A stretch of 17,212 nt of DNA from Candidatus Micrarchaeota archaeon (GCA_018304385.1 JAGVWJ010000021.1:1-17212), one strand, 5' to 3'. Positions 7,865 to 16,583 are shown, counted from the first letter of the stretch. Notes: generated by a model from the letters alone, not told the origin. Program-made: numbers and translations.

Positions 7865-9547
7865 ATGCGCCCAATGTATTACGAAGAAAAACCAAAAGAG
7901 AAAATTCGTGCGCCTAGAGGAAATGATCTACATTGCAAAAATTGGGATGCTGAAGCTGCAATGCGTATGCTAATGAATAATCTGGATCCAGAAGTTGCTA
8001 TTGATTCAGATGAGCTTATTGTTTATGGTGGCACAGGAAGAGCTGCAAGAAATTGGAGAGAGTACAATAGAATAATCAAAGCACTTCTTAAGCTTGAGAA
8101 TGATGAGACGCTTTGCATACAAAGCGGAAAACCTGTTTATGTTGCGCCTACTAACCTAGAGGCACCACGCATTATTTTGGCGAATTCTAATATTGTTCCG
8201 AAATGGTCTACGCAGGAGAACTTTGATAAGTATGATGAGATGGGGCTTACAATGTATGGTCAAATGACTGCAGGAAGTTGGATTTACATCGGCACCCAGG
8301 GGATAATACAAGGAACATATGAAACATTTGCAGCCCTAGGTAAGAAAGATTTGAAAGTTGATTCACTAAAAGGAAAACTTATTTTAACTGCTGGAATGGG
8401 CGGGATGAGCGGTGCTCAACCTTTAGCAGCAACAATGAATGATGCAATAATCCTGAATGTTGAGGTTAGAAAGGAAAGAATAGAAAGAAAAGTTAGAGAA
8501 GGATATTGCGATAGAATAACTGAAGATTTAGATGAAGCACTAAGGTGGATTGAGGATGCAAAAAAGAGAGGAGAGGCAGTTTCTATTGGATTAATTGGTA
8601 ATGCTGGAAACATTTATCCTGAGCTTGTTAGAAGAAATATAACACCTGATATAGTTACAGATCAAACACCTGCGCACAATTTACTGAGCTATGTTCCTAC
8701 GGGGAATTTAAAGGAATTAGATGAAATAAGAGATAAAAATCCTAACGAATATAAACGCAAAGCACTTGAGTCAATAAAAAAACATGTTGATGCAATGCTG
8801 GAAATGCAAAAGCGTGGAGCGATTGTATTTGATTATGGAAATAATCTACGTGCGCAGGCAGAATTAGCAGGATTAGATATACGTAAAAAAGATGGTTCGT
8901 TTAAATATCCTGGGTTTGTTCCAGCTTATATCCGACCGTTATTCTGCATTGGAAAAGGACCATTTAGGTGGGCAGCACTTTCTGGTAATACAGAGGATAT
9001 TCACAAAATTGACAAAATGCTTATTGACTTATTTCCAGAAGATAAGGCATTAAAACGCTGGCTCGAGTTAGCTTCTAAGAAAATCCCATTTACTGGATTA
9101 CCAGCACGTATCTGTTGGTTTGGATATGGTGACCGTGCTCTTGCTGCAATAGAAATAAATAAAATGGTAAGAAAAAGAGAGATTGAGGCACCTATTGTAA
9201 TTGGTAGAGACCATCTAGATTGCGGTTCTGTTGCTTCACCTGATAGAGAAACTGAAGGAATGAAGGACGGCAGTGATGCTATAGCAGATTGGCCTTTGCT
9301 TAATTTCGCTTTAAACACTTGTAATGGCGCGAGTTGGGTAAGTTTTCATAATGGTGGTGGCGTGGGCATAGGAAATTCATTACATGCGGGTATGGTAATT
9401 GTTGCTGATGGAACAATAGAAAGAGAAAAGCGCCTTAAACGGGTCTTAACTGTTGATCCAGGTATCGGAATAGCTAGACATGTTGATGCAGGGTATGAAG
9501 AAGCAATAGAAACTGCTAAGAAAAAAGGAGTGAATGTTCCTAAATAA
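7865..9547 (+). CDS. hutU: urocanate hydratase
   Basis: [77 protein letters not shown] and HNGGGVGIG. The start is placed at ATG 7865 (or 7874), after the hutG stop, rather than at 7835. Confidence 0.97.
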   Translation: MRPMYYEEKPKEKIRAPRGNDLHCKNWDAEAAMRMLMNNLDPEVAIDSDELIVYGGTGRAARNWREYNRIIKALLKLENDETLCIQSGKPVYVAPTNLEAPRIILANSNIVPKWSTQENFDKYDEMGLTMYGQMTAGSWIYIGTQGIIQGTYETFAALGKKDLKVDSLKGKLILTAGMGGMSGAQPLAATMNDAIILNVEVRKERIERKVREGYCDRITEDLDEALRWIEDAKKRGEAVSIGLIGNAGNIYPELVRRNITPDIVTDQTPAHNLLSYVPTGNLKELDEIRDKNPNEYKRKALESIKKHVDAMLEMQKRGAIVFDYGNNLRAQAELAGLDIRKKDGSFKYPGFVPAYIRPLFCIGKGPFRWAALSGNTEDIHKIDKMLIDLFPEDKALKRWLELASKKIPFTGLPARICWFGYGDRALAAIEINKMVRKREIEAPIVIGRDHLDCGSVASPDRETEGMKDGSDAIADWPLLNFALNTCNGASWVSFHNGGGVGIGNSLHAGMVIVADGTIEREKRLKRVLTVDPGIGIARHVDAGYEEAIETAKKKGVNVPK

Positions 9548-10816
9548 ATGGAGACAATTATGATTACTGCTGATTTAGTAATAAAAAACGCATCCGAATT
9601 GCTTACTATCAAAGGCGCATCAAATAAACCAAAAGTTAAAGAACAATTGAGTAATTTAGGAATAATAAACAATGGAGCGATAGCGATAGCTGGCGAGAGT
9701 ATTGTATGGCTGGGGGGAAGTAATGAGATAAAAGATAACATTAAGATAGATAAAAAAACTAGAATTATTGATGCGAAAAACAAAGTTGTTATGCCTGGAT
9801 TTGTTGATTGTCATACTCATTTAGTCTTTGCTGGCTCACGGGAAAAAGAGTGGGTTGATAGAATAAATGGAAAGGATTATTTGGAAATACTAAAAAACGG
9901 AGGGGGGATTTTAAGCACAGTTAATGCAACTCGCAATGCGGGCGAAGAAGAATTATTGAATAGAGCACTTCATCATCTTGGTAATATGCTAAATCATGGT
10001 ACTACCACGATAGAGGCTAAAAGCGGATATGGTCTTACAATTGACTCCGAGATAAAGATATTAAGATTACTAAAAAAGCTTGCTAAAAAACAGCCAATAG
10101 AAATAGTTTCAACGTTTCTTGGCGCGCACGCAGTTCCACCAGAGTTTGCGAATAGTGCAGTATATGCAAAATTCATAATTGAAAAAATGATTCCAGTTGT
10201 TGCAAAATTAGCTGATTACTGCGATGTATTTTGCGAAAAAAGTGCATTTTCTGCTGAAGAAACAAAAAGAATTTTATTGGCTGGAAAAAAATATGGACTT
10301 AGGCCACGCGCTCATATTAATGAGTTCAACGAAATAGGTGGAACTGAAATTGCGAAAGAGGTTAAAGCAATAGCAGTAGATCATTTGGATGTTGTTTCTG
10401 ATGATGGAATTAAAAACATAAGAGAAGCAGGCAGCATTACTGTTTTGCTCCCAGGCGTTCCATTCTTTTTAGGAACTGAAAAGTACGCGCCAGCTAAAAA
10501 AATTATACATGCTGGCATTCCTATAGCAATTGCTACTGATTTTAATCCTGGTTCTTGTTATTGTGAATCAATGCCTTTTATTATAAGTTTAGCATGTATG
10601 AAAATGAAACTAAGCCCAGCACAAGCAATAAACGCTGCAACTATAAATGCAGCGCATGCGATTGAAAGTGCAAATAATATTGGAAGTATTGAGGTAGGAA
10701 AACAAGCGGATATCTTGATTTTAGATGTTGAACAGCATACTCAGATTCCTTATCACTTAGCTGCAAATCCTGTAAGGATAGTAATAAAAAAAGGTAGGAT
10801 TGTAAAAAGAAATTAG
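9548..10816 (+). CDS. hutI: imidazolonepropionase
   Basis: PGFVDCHTHLVFAG, GGGILSTV, GTTTIEAKSGYGL, FLGAHAVP, DVFCE, DHL and ATDFNPG. The ATG directly follows the hutU stop. An alternative start is at 9560. Confidence 0.96.
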   Translation: METIMITADLVIKNASELLTIKGASNKPKVKEQLSNLGIINNGAIAIAGESIVWLGGSNEIKDNIKIDKKTRIIDAKNKVVMPGFVDCHTHLVFAGSREKEWVDRINGKDYLEILKNGGGILSTVNATRNAGEEELLNRALHHLGNMLNHGTTTIEAKSGYGLTIDSEIKILRLLKKLAKKQPIEIVSTFLGAHAVPPEFANSAVYAKFIIEKMIPVVAKLADYCDVFCEKSAFSAEETKRILLAGKKYGLRPRAHINEFNEIGGTEIAKEVKAIAVDHLDVVSDDGIKNIREAGSITVLLPGVPFFLGTEKYAPAKKIIHAGIPIAIATDFNPGSCYCESMPFIISLACMKMKLSPAQAINAATINAAHAIESANNIGSIEVGKQADILILDVEQHTQIPYHLAANPVRIVIKKGRIVKRN

Positions 10817-10843
10817 AATATAATAAATATTGGGGTGGATTTT

Positions 10844-11512
10844 ATGGATGTCATTGAGGAGATAGATAAAAGAATTCAGGAAAGAAGTATATTAAAACAT
10901 CCTTTTTATCAGAGCTGGAAAATGGGAAAGCTAACTCGTGAGATGTTACAAGAGTATGCAAGACAATATTATAAGCATGTTGCTGCTTTTCCACAATATC
11001 TAAGCGCAGTGCATACACAGATGGATAATGCGACTGACAGAAGATTGGTATTACAGAACCTAATGGATGAGGAAAACGGAGAAAACAACCATCCAGAGCT
11101 TTGGCTAAGGTTTGCTGAGGCAACTGGAGTAATAAGAAATGATATTGGTACTGTACCTACTGCAGAAACAGAAGATTTCATTAAAAACTTTATGAAACAC
11201 TGCAAAAACAGTATTGTAGAGGGCATCGCAGCACTTTATGCATATGAATCCCAAATACCAAAAGTCAGCGAGGAGAAAATTAATGGATTAGTAGCGCATT
11301 ATGGAGTAACTAGCGATTCAGGCTTAGAATATTTCAAGGTTCATATGACTGCTGATGTTGAGCATTCTGCTGCTGAACGCGAGCTTATTAGAAAATATGT
11401 TACAGATGAAGAAACTAAAAAGAAAGTGCTTGAGGCTGTAAGCAACACGCTTGATGCTTATTGGAATATGCTAAGTGGGATAGAAAAAATATGTAAAATG
11501 GAATGTAGTTAG
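10844..11512 (+). CDS. CADD-family (Chlamydia CT610-like) heme-oxygenase-like diiron protein, putative self-sacrificing p-aminobenzoate synthase
   Basis: HPFY, YARQYY, AFPQYLSAVH, NLMDEENG.NH, AALYAYESQIP..SEEKI.GL and H...DVEH match CADD motifs. The SD-like GGGGTGG at 10832-10838 favours ATG 10844 over GTG 10835. Confidence 0.88.
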   Translation: MDVIEEIDKRIQERSILKHPFYQSWKMGKLTREMLQEYARQYYKHVAAFPQYLSAVHTQMDNATDRRLVLQNLMDEENGENNHPELWLRFAEATGVIRNDIGTVPTAETEDFIKNFMKHCKNSIVEGIAALYAYESQIPKVSEEKINGLVAHYGVTSDSGLEYFKVHMTADVEHSAAERELIRKYVTDEETKKKVLEAVSNTLDAYWNMLSGIEKICKMECS

Positions 11513-12114
11513 CTAGTCAACCCATCCAAAATCTCATACGCTCTTGCAGTATCTGCCTGCTTTATTACCAAGAGAGTATCAGTATAACAAGAAACAAACT
11601 CTGCTATATTTATTCCTTCTGCTGAAAGCGCATCTAAGATATGCGCAATTACCCCTGGAACTTCTTCAAGCGCTGGCGGACTGTGGATTGTTATTAAGTT
11701 AAGATTAGTTTCGGTATGAAGTACATTCTTTGATTTTCGTACGTTTTCTAGTTCCTTTTCTTCCACCACATACGTAATGGTATCTTTGCTTTCTACATAA
11801 GAGAGATATTTTAGTTGTTCTATCTCTCGCGCACTAATAACAACTGCTACTTTGCTCTTTAGCGATATTGAACTGTCCTTTAGTACTTTCAGTATCTTGC
11901 TTTCCAAATCTTCTTCTTTTTCCCTAATCTTTGATGTTAAACGCACTAATGCCATTTTTATAGCGTTCTGGTGCTTTTTGCTTCCAAACACTTCTATAGA
12001 AATTTTTCTGGCTAAAGCTGAGTAATTTACTATGCCTTCACGCACTATTTCTTTCAAGAAGGGTCTTCGCTTTATGTAAAGCCATACGAGTTCGCTTATG
12101 TTTTCTTTTTTCAT
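11509..12114 (-). CDS. putative amino-acid-sensing transcriptional regulator: N-terminal HTH-like region plus C-terminal ACT domain
   Basis: N-terminal VNYSALARKI...AIKMALVRL (helix-turn-helix-like) and C-terminal PGVIAHILDALSAEGINIAEFVSCYTDTLLVIK (ACT). It is divergent from argF. ATG 12114 is preferred over TTG 12123. Confidence 0.75.
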   Translation of the reverse strand: MKKENISELVWLYIKRRPFLKEIVREGIVNYSALARKISIEVFGSKKHQNAIKMALVRLTSKIREKEEDLESKILKVLKDSSISLKSKVAVVISAREIEQLKYLSYVESKDTITYVVEEKELENVRKSKNVLHTETNLNLITIHSPPALEEVPGVIAHILDALSAEGINIAEFVSCYTDTLLVIKQADTARAYEILDGLTS

Positions 12115-12137
12115 ATTTCTCAAGGCTCATTGCTATA

Positions 12138-12202
12138 TGTTACATTTGGAACAATTAAATATATAAATGTAACATTTATTACGCAATGTTTAAATATAAA
12201 GT
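12138..12202. promoter_or_regulatory. divergent promoter/operator block, copy A (argF operon on +, ACT regulator on -)
   Basis: TGTTACA-TT-TGGAACA (12138-12153), a 14-nt spacer holding the minus-strand TATA TTTATATA (12167-12160), TGTAACA-TT-TATTACG (12168-12183) and TATA TTTAAATA (12189-12196) 22 nt before ATG 12219. It is near-identical to 16519-16583. Confidence 0.8.
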
Positions 12203-12218
12203 AACGCGTAACAAACTT

Positions 12219-13133
12219 ATGAAAAATATACTTAGTGATTTTGATCTCTCCGGGCAGGAAATAGAAGATTTGTTAGGTCTAGCAACAAAAATAAAGGCAG
12301 CTCCAGCATCATTCAAAGATTCATTAAAAAACAAAATTTTAGGTATGGTATTTCAAAAACCTTCCACACGTACCAAAGCATCATTTGAAGCAGCTATATA
12401 CCAACTTGGCGGGCATGCAATATTTCTAGATTCTACTAACAGCCAGATAAGCAGAGGGGAATCGTTGGCTGAAACTGCTAAAATCTTATCAGGATATACA
12501 AATGGAATTGCTGCTAGAGTATACTATCAGGCAGATTTAGAAGATATGGCCATGGCAAGTAAAGTACCAATAATAAACGCATTAACCGATAAATATCATA
12601 CGTGCCAGATTTTATCTGATCTGCTTACAATAAAAGAGAAAAAAGGCAAGCTAGCTGAGTTAAAATTAGTCTATTTTGGGGATGCAGGAAACAACGTAGC
12701 CCACTCTCTGATCATTTCTTGTTCTAAGGTTGGCATAGATGTTACTATTGCCTGCCCGCAAAATGAAAAATATCAACCTTCAAAGGATATTCTTGTAAAA
12801 GCAAAGAGAGATGTACTTGGAAAAATAGAAATAACAGAAAACTGGAATGCTGCAGCAAAGGATGCAGACATTCTTTATACTGACACCTGGGTAAGCATGG
12901 GAATGGAAAAAGAAAAAAACGAAAGAATAAATGACCTAATGGATTACCAGATAAACTCAAAGACACTGGAAAAAGCAAAGGCAGACTGCATTGTCATGCA
13001 TTGCCTACCTGCTTACACCGGGTATGAGATATCTGAAACTGTTTTGAAAGGCCCAAAATCAGTTGTATATGAGCAAGCAGAAAATAAAATGCACATGCAG
13101 AAGGCAGTACTTTATCAACTTATGAAAGATTAG
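12219..13133 (+). CDS. argF: ornithine carbamoyltransferase
   Basis: FQKPSTRT, INAL, HTCQ (HPCQ variant), GDAGNNVAHS, YTDTWVSMG, HCLPA and QAENK. The start is placed at ATG 12219 (MKNILS...) because the 12186 extension would run through the TATA box. Confidence 0.95.
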   Translation: MKNILSDFDLSGQEIEDLLGLATKIKAAPASFKDSLKNKILGMVFQKPSTRTKASFEAAIYQLGGHAIFLDSTNSQISRGESLAETAKILSGYTNGIAARVYYQADLEDMAMASKVPIINALTDKYHTCQILSDLLTIKEKKGKLAELKLVYFGDAGNNVAHSLIISCSKVGIDVTIACPQNEKYQPSKDILVKAKRDVLGKIEITENWNAAAKDADILYTDTWVSMGMEKEKNERINDLMDYQINSKTLEKAKADCIVMHCLPAYTGYEISETVLKGPKSVVYEQAENKMHMQKAVLYQLMKD

Positions 13134-13142
13134 GTGTCAAAC

Positions 13143-14444
13143 ATGAAAGAAACGATGATGAAAATTCTAAAGAGTTTTGGACTGGACAAGGAATTAGACC
13201 TTTACTTACAGCTATTCCATAAGACACCAGCAACTAAATTTGCAGTAGTTAAAATAAGCGGTAACACATTGGAAGAAAAACTATTGGTTGTTGCAGAGGA
13301 TCTGGCATTTCTTTCTAAACTTGGTCTTACGCCAATCGTAGTCCATGGTGGTGGCAAACAGATTGATAAACAACTAGAAAAAAATGGACTCGCAATCAAA
13401 AAAGTTTCAGGCCTTAGAATTACGGATAAAGAAACCATGAAAATAGCCTACAAAGTAATGAATAATATTACAAATAAACTCGTAAAGGCTATAACTAATG
13501 AAGGTGGACATGCAATCAATGCAAATGGATTAGAACTAATTGAAGTGGAGAAAAAACCGCCAGTTAAAGGTATAGATCTCGGGTTCGTAGGTGACTTAAC
13601 AAAAATAAAAACTGATAAAATAACTGAGTTATGCCAATCAGGTTATATCCCAATTTTGGCTTCAATAGGCCACAAGGAGGATGTTGCTTATAATCTAAAT
13701 GCGGACACGCTTGCAAGCGGATTTGTTAAAAGGCTAAAACCAAAAAAGTTTATATTAATCACTGAAACAGGAGGAGTTCTTGATAAAAACGAACAGATAA
13801 TATCAACAATAGACATTAGTACTGATCTGCCCGAGCTGATAAAACAGAATGTAATTACTGAAGGAATGCTTTTGAAAGTAAAGGAAATAGAAACACTTTT
13901 GGAGAAAGCGCCAACTACAGTTGTGGAAGTGTGCTCAGCTGAGAATCTTCTACAAGAACTATTTACCGTAAAAGGAAGTGGAACTTTCATAAGATATGGC
14001 GGGAATTTTATCATTAGAAAAAGTTTCAAAGGACTAAACACAACTAAGATAAAAAAACTACTTGAAGAAAGTTTTGGTAAGGAGCTTGTGCCAGGATATT
14101 TTTATAAAGCTGTTGACAGCGTCATAACAGACAAAGACTACTCTGGAATAATGATTGTAAAAAAGATAAATGGAGTGCCTTATCTGGATAAATTTGCAAT
14201 AACGAAAAGCGCGCAGGGCAATGGGTTGGGAAAAGCAATGTGGACTTTTGTAAAAAATCACTACCCAACGCTTATATGGCGTTCTTCGATAACCAATCCT
14301 ATAAATAACTGGTACTTTAAAAATTGCGATGGCATCCAGAAAAGCAATGGGTGGATAATTTTTTGGTATAATGTAAGCAGAACAAAAGCAACAGCATTAA
14401 TACCAATTATATCAAAAATACCAAAAACACTGGTGAAAAAATGA
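13143..14444 (+). CDS. argB: acetylglutamate kinase fused to DUF619/GNAT domain (Xanthomonas/fungal-type, probable bifunctional N-acetylglutamate synthase/kinase)
   Basis: AAK domain: FAVVKISG, PIVVHGGG, GLRITD, NLNAD, TGGVLD, ELFTVKGSGT. GNAT domain: LLEESFGKELV, YLDKFAI...AQGNGLG, WRS...N.INNWYF..CDG, FWY. SD AGGTG lies 6 nt before ATG 13143; the alternative is GTG 13134. Confidence 0.9.
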   Translation: MKETMMKILKSFGLDKELDLYLQLFHKTPATKFAVVKISGNTLEEKLLVVAEDLAFLSKLGLTPIVVHGGGKQIDKQLEKNGLAIKKVSGLRITDKETMKIAYKVMNNITNKLVKAITNEGGHAINANGLELIEVEKKPPVKGIDLGFVGDLTKIKTDKITELCQSGYIPILASIGHKEDVAYNLNADTLASGFVKRLKPKKFILITETGGVLDKNEQIISTIDISTDLPELIKQNVITEGMLLKVKEIETLLEKAPTTVVEVCSAENLLQELFTVKGSGTFIRYGGNFIIRKSFKGLNTTKIKKLLEESFGKELVPGYFYKAVDSVITDKDYSGIMIVKKINGVPYLDKFAITKSAQGNGLGKAMWTFVKNHYPTLIWRSSITNPINNWYFKNCDGIQKSNGWIIFWYNVSRTKATALIPIISKIPKTLVKK

Positions 14445-15580
14445 TAACTAAAGATGGACAAAATTACATAATGAATACTTACAAGCGCTATCCGATTACT
14501 TTAAAAAACGGCAAAGGATGCAATGTTTACGATCATGAAGGAAACGAATATCTGGATATGATTTCTGGAATTGCCTGCTGTCCGCTTGGCCATTCAAATG
14601 AAGCAATAAAAAAAGCGATAATGGAAAGTGCGGATGGGTTTACCAACATCAGCAATCTGTTTTACACTGAACAACAAGTAAAGCTGGCAAAGAAACTAGT
14701 TGAAGTATCAGGCATGGAAAAATGCTTCTTTGGAAACAGCGGCACTGAAGCAAACGAAGCTGCCTTAAAGCTCGCGATTGCAAATACAAAGAAACATGAA
14801 TTCATTGCATGTAAAAATGCATTCCATGGAAGAACTTTTGGAAGCTTGTCTGCGACATGGGAGAAAAAATACCGCACAAAATTTAAGCCATTGGTTTCAA
14901 AATTTAAATTTGTTGAATATGGAAATACAAACGCAATTGAAAACACCATATCTGATAAGACAGCTGCAGTCATCATTGAGCCGATACAAGGTGAAGCAGG
15001 CATTATTGTTCCTCCGGAAGATTACCTGAAAGAAGTGCAAGAGATATGCGACAAAAAAGGAGTACTCCTGATTATAGATGAAGTGCAGACTGGGAATGGA
15101 AGAACTGGGACCTACTTTGAGTACCTTTCACATTCTATAAAGCCAGACATTGTAACTACTGCAAAGGGACTTGCTAATGGATTGCCAATGGGAGTAGCAA
15201 TTGCAAAAGGAATAGACTTTGAGCCAGGCGACCATGCTTCTACTTTTGGAGGCAATTCATTTGTTTCTTCTGTTGCATTGACTACTATTGAAACTATATT
15301 CAAAGAAAATTTAATGGAAAATGCAAAGAACATTGGAGAATATATAAAAAATGAAATACAAATGCTAAATAAAAAATCTATTAAGGATATTCGTGGTAAG
15401 GGCTTAATGATTGGCATAGAGCTAAGAAAAAATGCAAAGGAAAAAGTAGCTGAATTTATATCAAAAAAGATATTGATATCTGTTGTACATGAAAAAACAA
15501 TCAGATTACTGCCCCCGCTCATTATCAACAAGGGTGAGGTAGAAAATTTCATATCTTCATTCAACGAGGTAGTAAAATGA
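14441..15580 (+). CDS. argD: acetylornithine (or ornithine) aminotransferase, class III PLP enzyme
   Basis: YLDMISGIA...LGH, SNLF, NSGTEANEAALK, FHGRT, EPIQGEAG, DEVQTG.GRTG, TTAKGLANG and HASTFGGN. ATGA overlap with argB. Confidence 0.9.
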   Translation: MITKDGQNYIMNTYKRYPITLKNGKGCNVYDHEGNEYLDMISGIACCPLGHSNEAIKKAIMESADGFTNISNLFYTEQQVKLAKKLVEVSGMEKCFFGNSGTEANEAALKLAIANTKKHEFIACKNAFHGRTFGSLSATWEKKYRTKFKPLVSKFKFVEYGNTNAIENTISDKTAAVIIEPIQGEAGIIVPPEDYLKEVQEICDKKGVLLIIDEVQTGNGRTGTYFEYLSHSIKPDIVTTAKGLANGLPMGVAIAKGIDFEPGDHASTFGGNSFVSSVALTTIETIFKENLMENAKNIGEYIKNEIQMLNKKSIKDIRGKGLMIGIELRKNAKEKVAEFISKKILISVVHEKTIRLLPPLIINKGEVENFISSFNEVVK

Positions 15581-16479
15581 ACATAAATGTTGCAATACTT
15601 GGAGCGTCTGGCTATGGAGGAAACGAACTGATAAAGATACTTGCAAATCACCCAAAAGTAAAAATAAAGTATGCCCAAAGCAGAAGCAGTGAAGGAAAAA
15701 TGATAAATGAGATTTATTCTGATTCAAATCTGGAAATAAAATACTCAAACCCTTCGGTTGAACAAATAAATTCATGTGACGCGGTTTTTCTTGCATTGCC
15801 CAAAGAGGAAGCTGCTTCAATAGCAACTAAGATAAAAACAGTTATAATAGATTTGAGTCCTGCGCATCGCTTTGATTCAAAATACGTTTATGGCCTTCCT
15901 GAAATAAACAAGGAAAAAATCAAAAAATCAAATTTCATAGCAAATCCAGGGTGTTATGCAACTGCTTGCATCTTGGGCATATTGCCAATAGCTGGTAAAA
16001 AAATCAGTGCAATTGCATTCGATTGTAAAAGCGGTTATTCGGGTGGAGGGAAGAACAAGAAATATGAATTTGAAGAAAATGTAATCCCTTACTCATTGAA
16101 GGATCATTATCAAAAGCCTGAGGTTGCCAAGTTCCTAAGAATACCGTTTTCATTCGTTCCTCATGTTGTAAATGCATTTAGAGGGTTAATAGCAACTATC
16201 CATATTTTTGGGGAGATTGAATCCAAAGATTTCGAAAAACTTGAAATGATTTATAAAAAGTTTTATGAAAAAGAACCTTTGGTTAGAATTATAAGTGAGG
16301 TTCCAGACTTTAGTAAAGTAAATAATCAACCAGGTTGCCTAATTGGCGGGTTCTCTAAATCCAAAGATCATATAGTTATAGTAAGCGCTATTGATAATTT
16401 ACTAAAAGGTGCTGCATCGCAGGCAGTACAAAACATGAATATAAAATTTGGATTTAAGGAAACTGAAGGACTGAGATAA
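15577..16479 (+). CDS. argC: N-acetyl-gamma-glutamyl-phosphate reductase
   Basis: GASGYGG, VFLALP, IDLS..HR, YGLPE, IANPGCYAT (catalytic Cys), SGYSGGG, FVPHV..FRG and IDNLLKGAASQAVQNMN. ATGA overlap with argD. Confidence 0.95.
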   Translation: MNINVAILGASGYGGNELIKILANHPKVKIKYAQSRSSEGKMINEIYSDSNLEIKYSNPSVEQINSCDAVFLALPKEEAASIATKIKTVIIDLSPAHRFDSKYVYGLPEINKEKIKKSNFIANPGCYATACILGILPIAGKKISAIAFDCKSGYSGGGKNKKYEFEENVIPYSLKDHYQKPEVAKFLRIPFSFVPHVVNAFRGLIATIHIFGEIESKDFEKLEMIYKKFYEKEPLVRIISEVPDFSKVNNQPGCLIGGFSKSKDHIVIVSAIDNLLKGAASQAVQNMNIKFGFKETEGLR

Positions 16480-16518
16480 ACTAAAGAATGCAGTTGATGA
16501 TTCGGGCATCTTCTAATA

Positions 16519-16583
16519 TGTTCCATTTGTAACATCTATTTAAATATTTGTAACATATATTACGCAATATTTAAATATAAAGT
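16519..16583 (+). promoter_or_regulatory. promoter/operator block, copy B (upstream of deiminase-family gene)
   Basis: TGTTCCA-TT-TGTAACA (16519-16534), a 14-nt spacer, TGTAACA-TA-TATTACG (16549-16564) and TATA TTTAAATA (16570-16577) 22 nt before ATG 16600. 54/65 identical to copy A without gaps. Confidence 0.8.

Noticed and set aside
12200-12213. AGTAACG-CGTAACA, extra heptamer-like pair downstream of the argF TATA
   Set aside because: The spacing differs (no 2-nt gap) and it is not conserved in copy B, so it is not counted as an operator. If real, it would favour repression over activation.
12186-12218. ORF-track N-terminal extension of argF (likewise 7835 for hutU and 12123 for the ACT gene)
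   Set aside because: These extensions overlap promoter elements or the upstream gene. Downstream ATGs match family N-termini and promoter spacing.
16484-16514. Weak hairpin after argC (AGAATGC...GCATCTTCT)
   Set aside because: Pairing is imperfect and there is no U-tract, so it is not supportable as a terminator.
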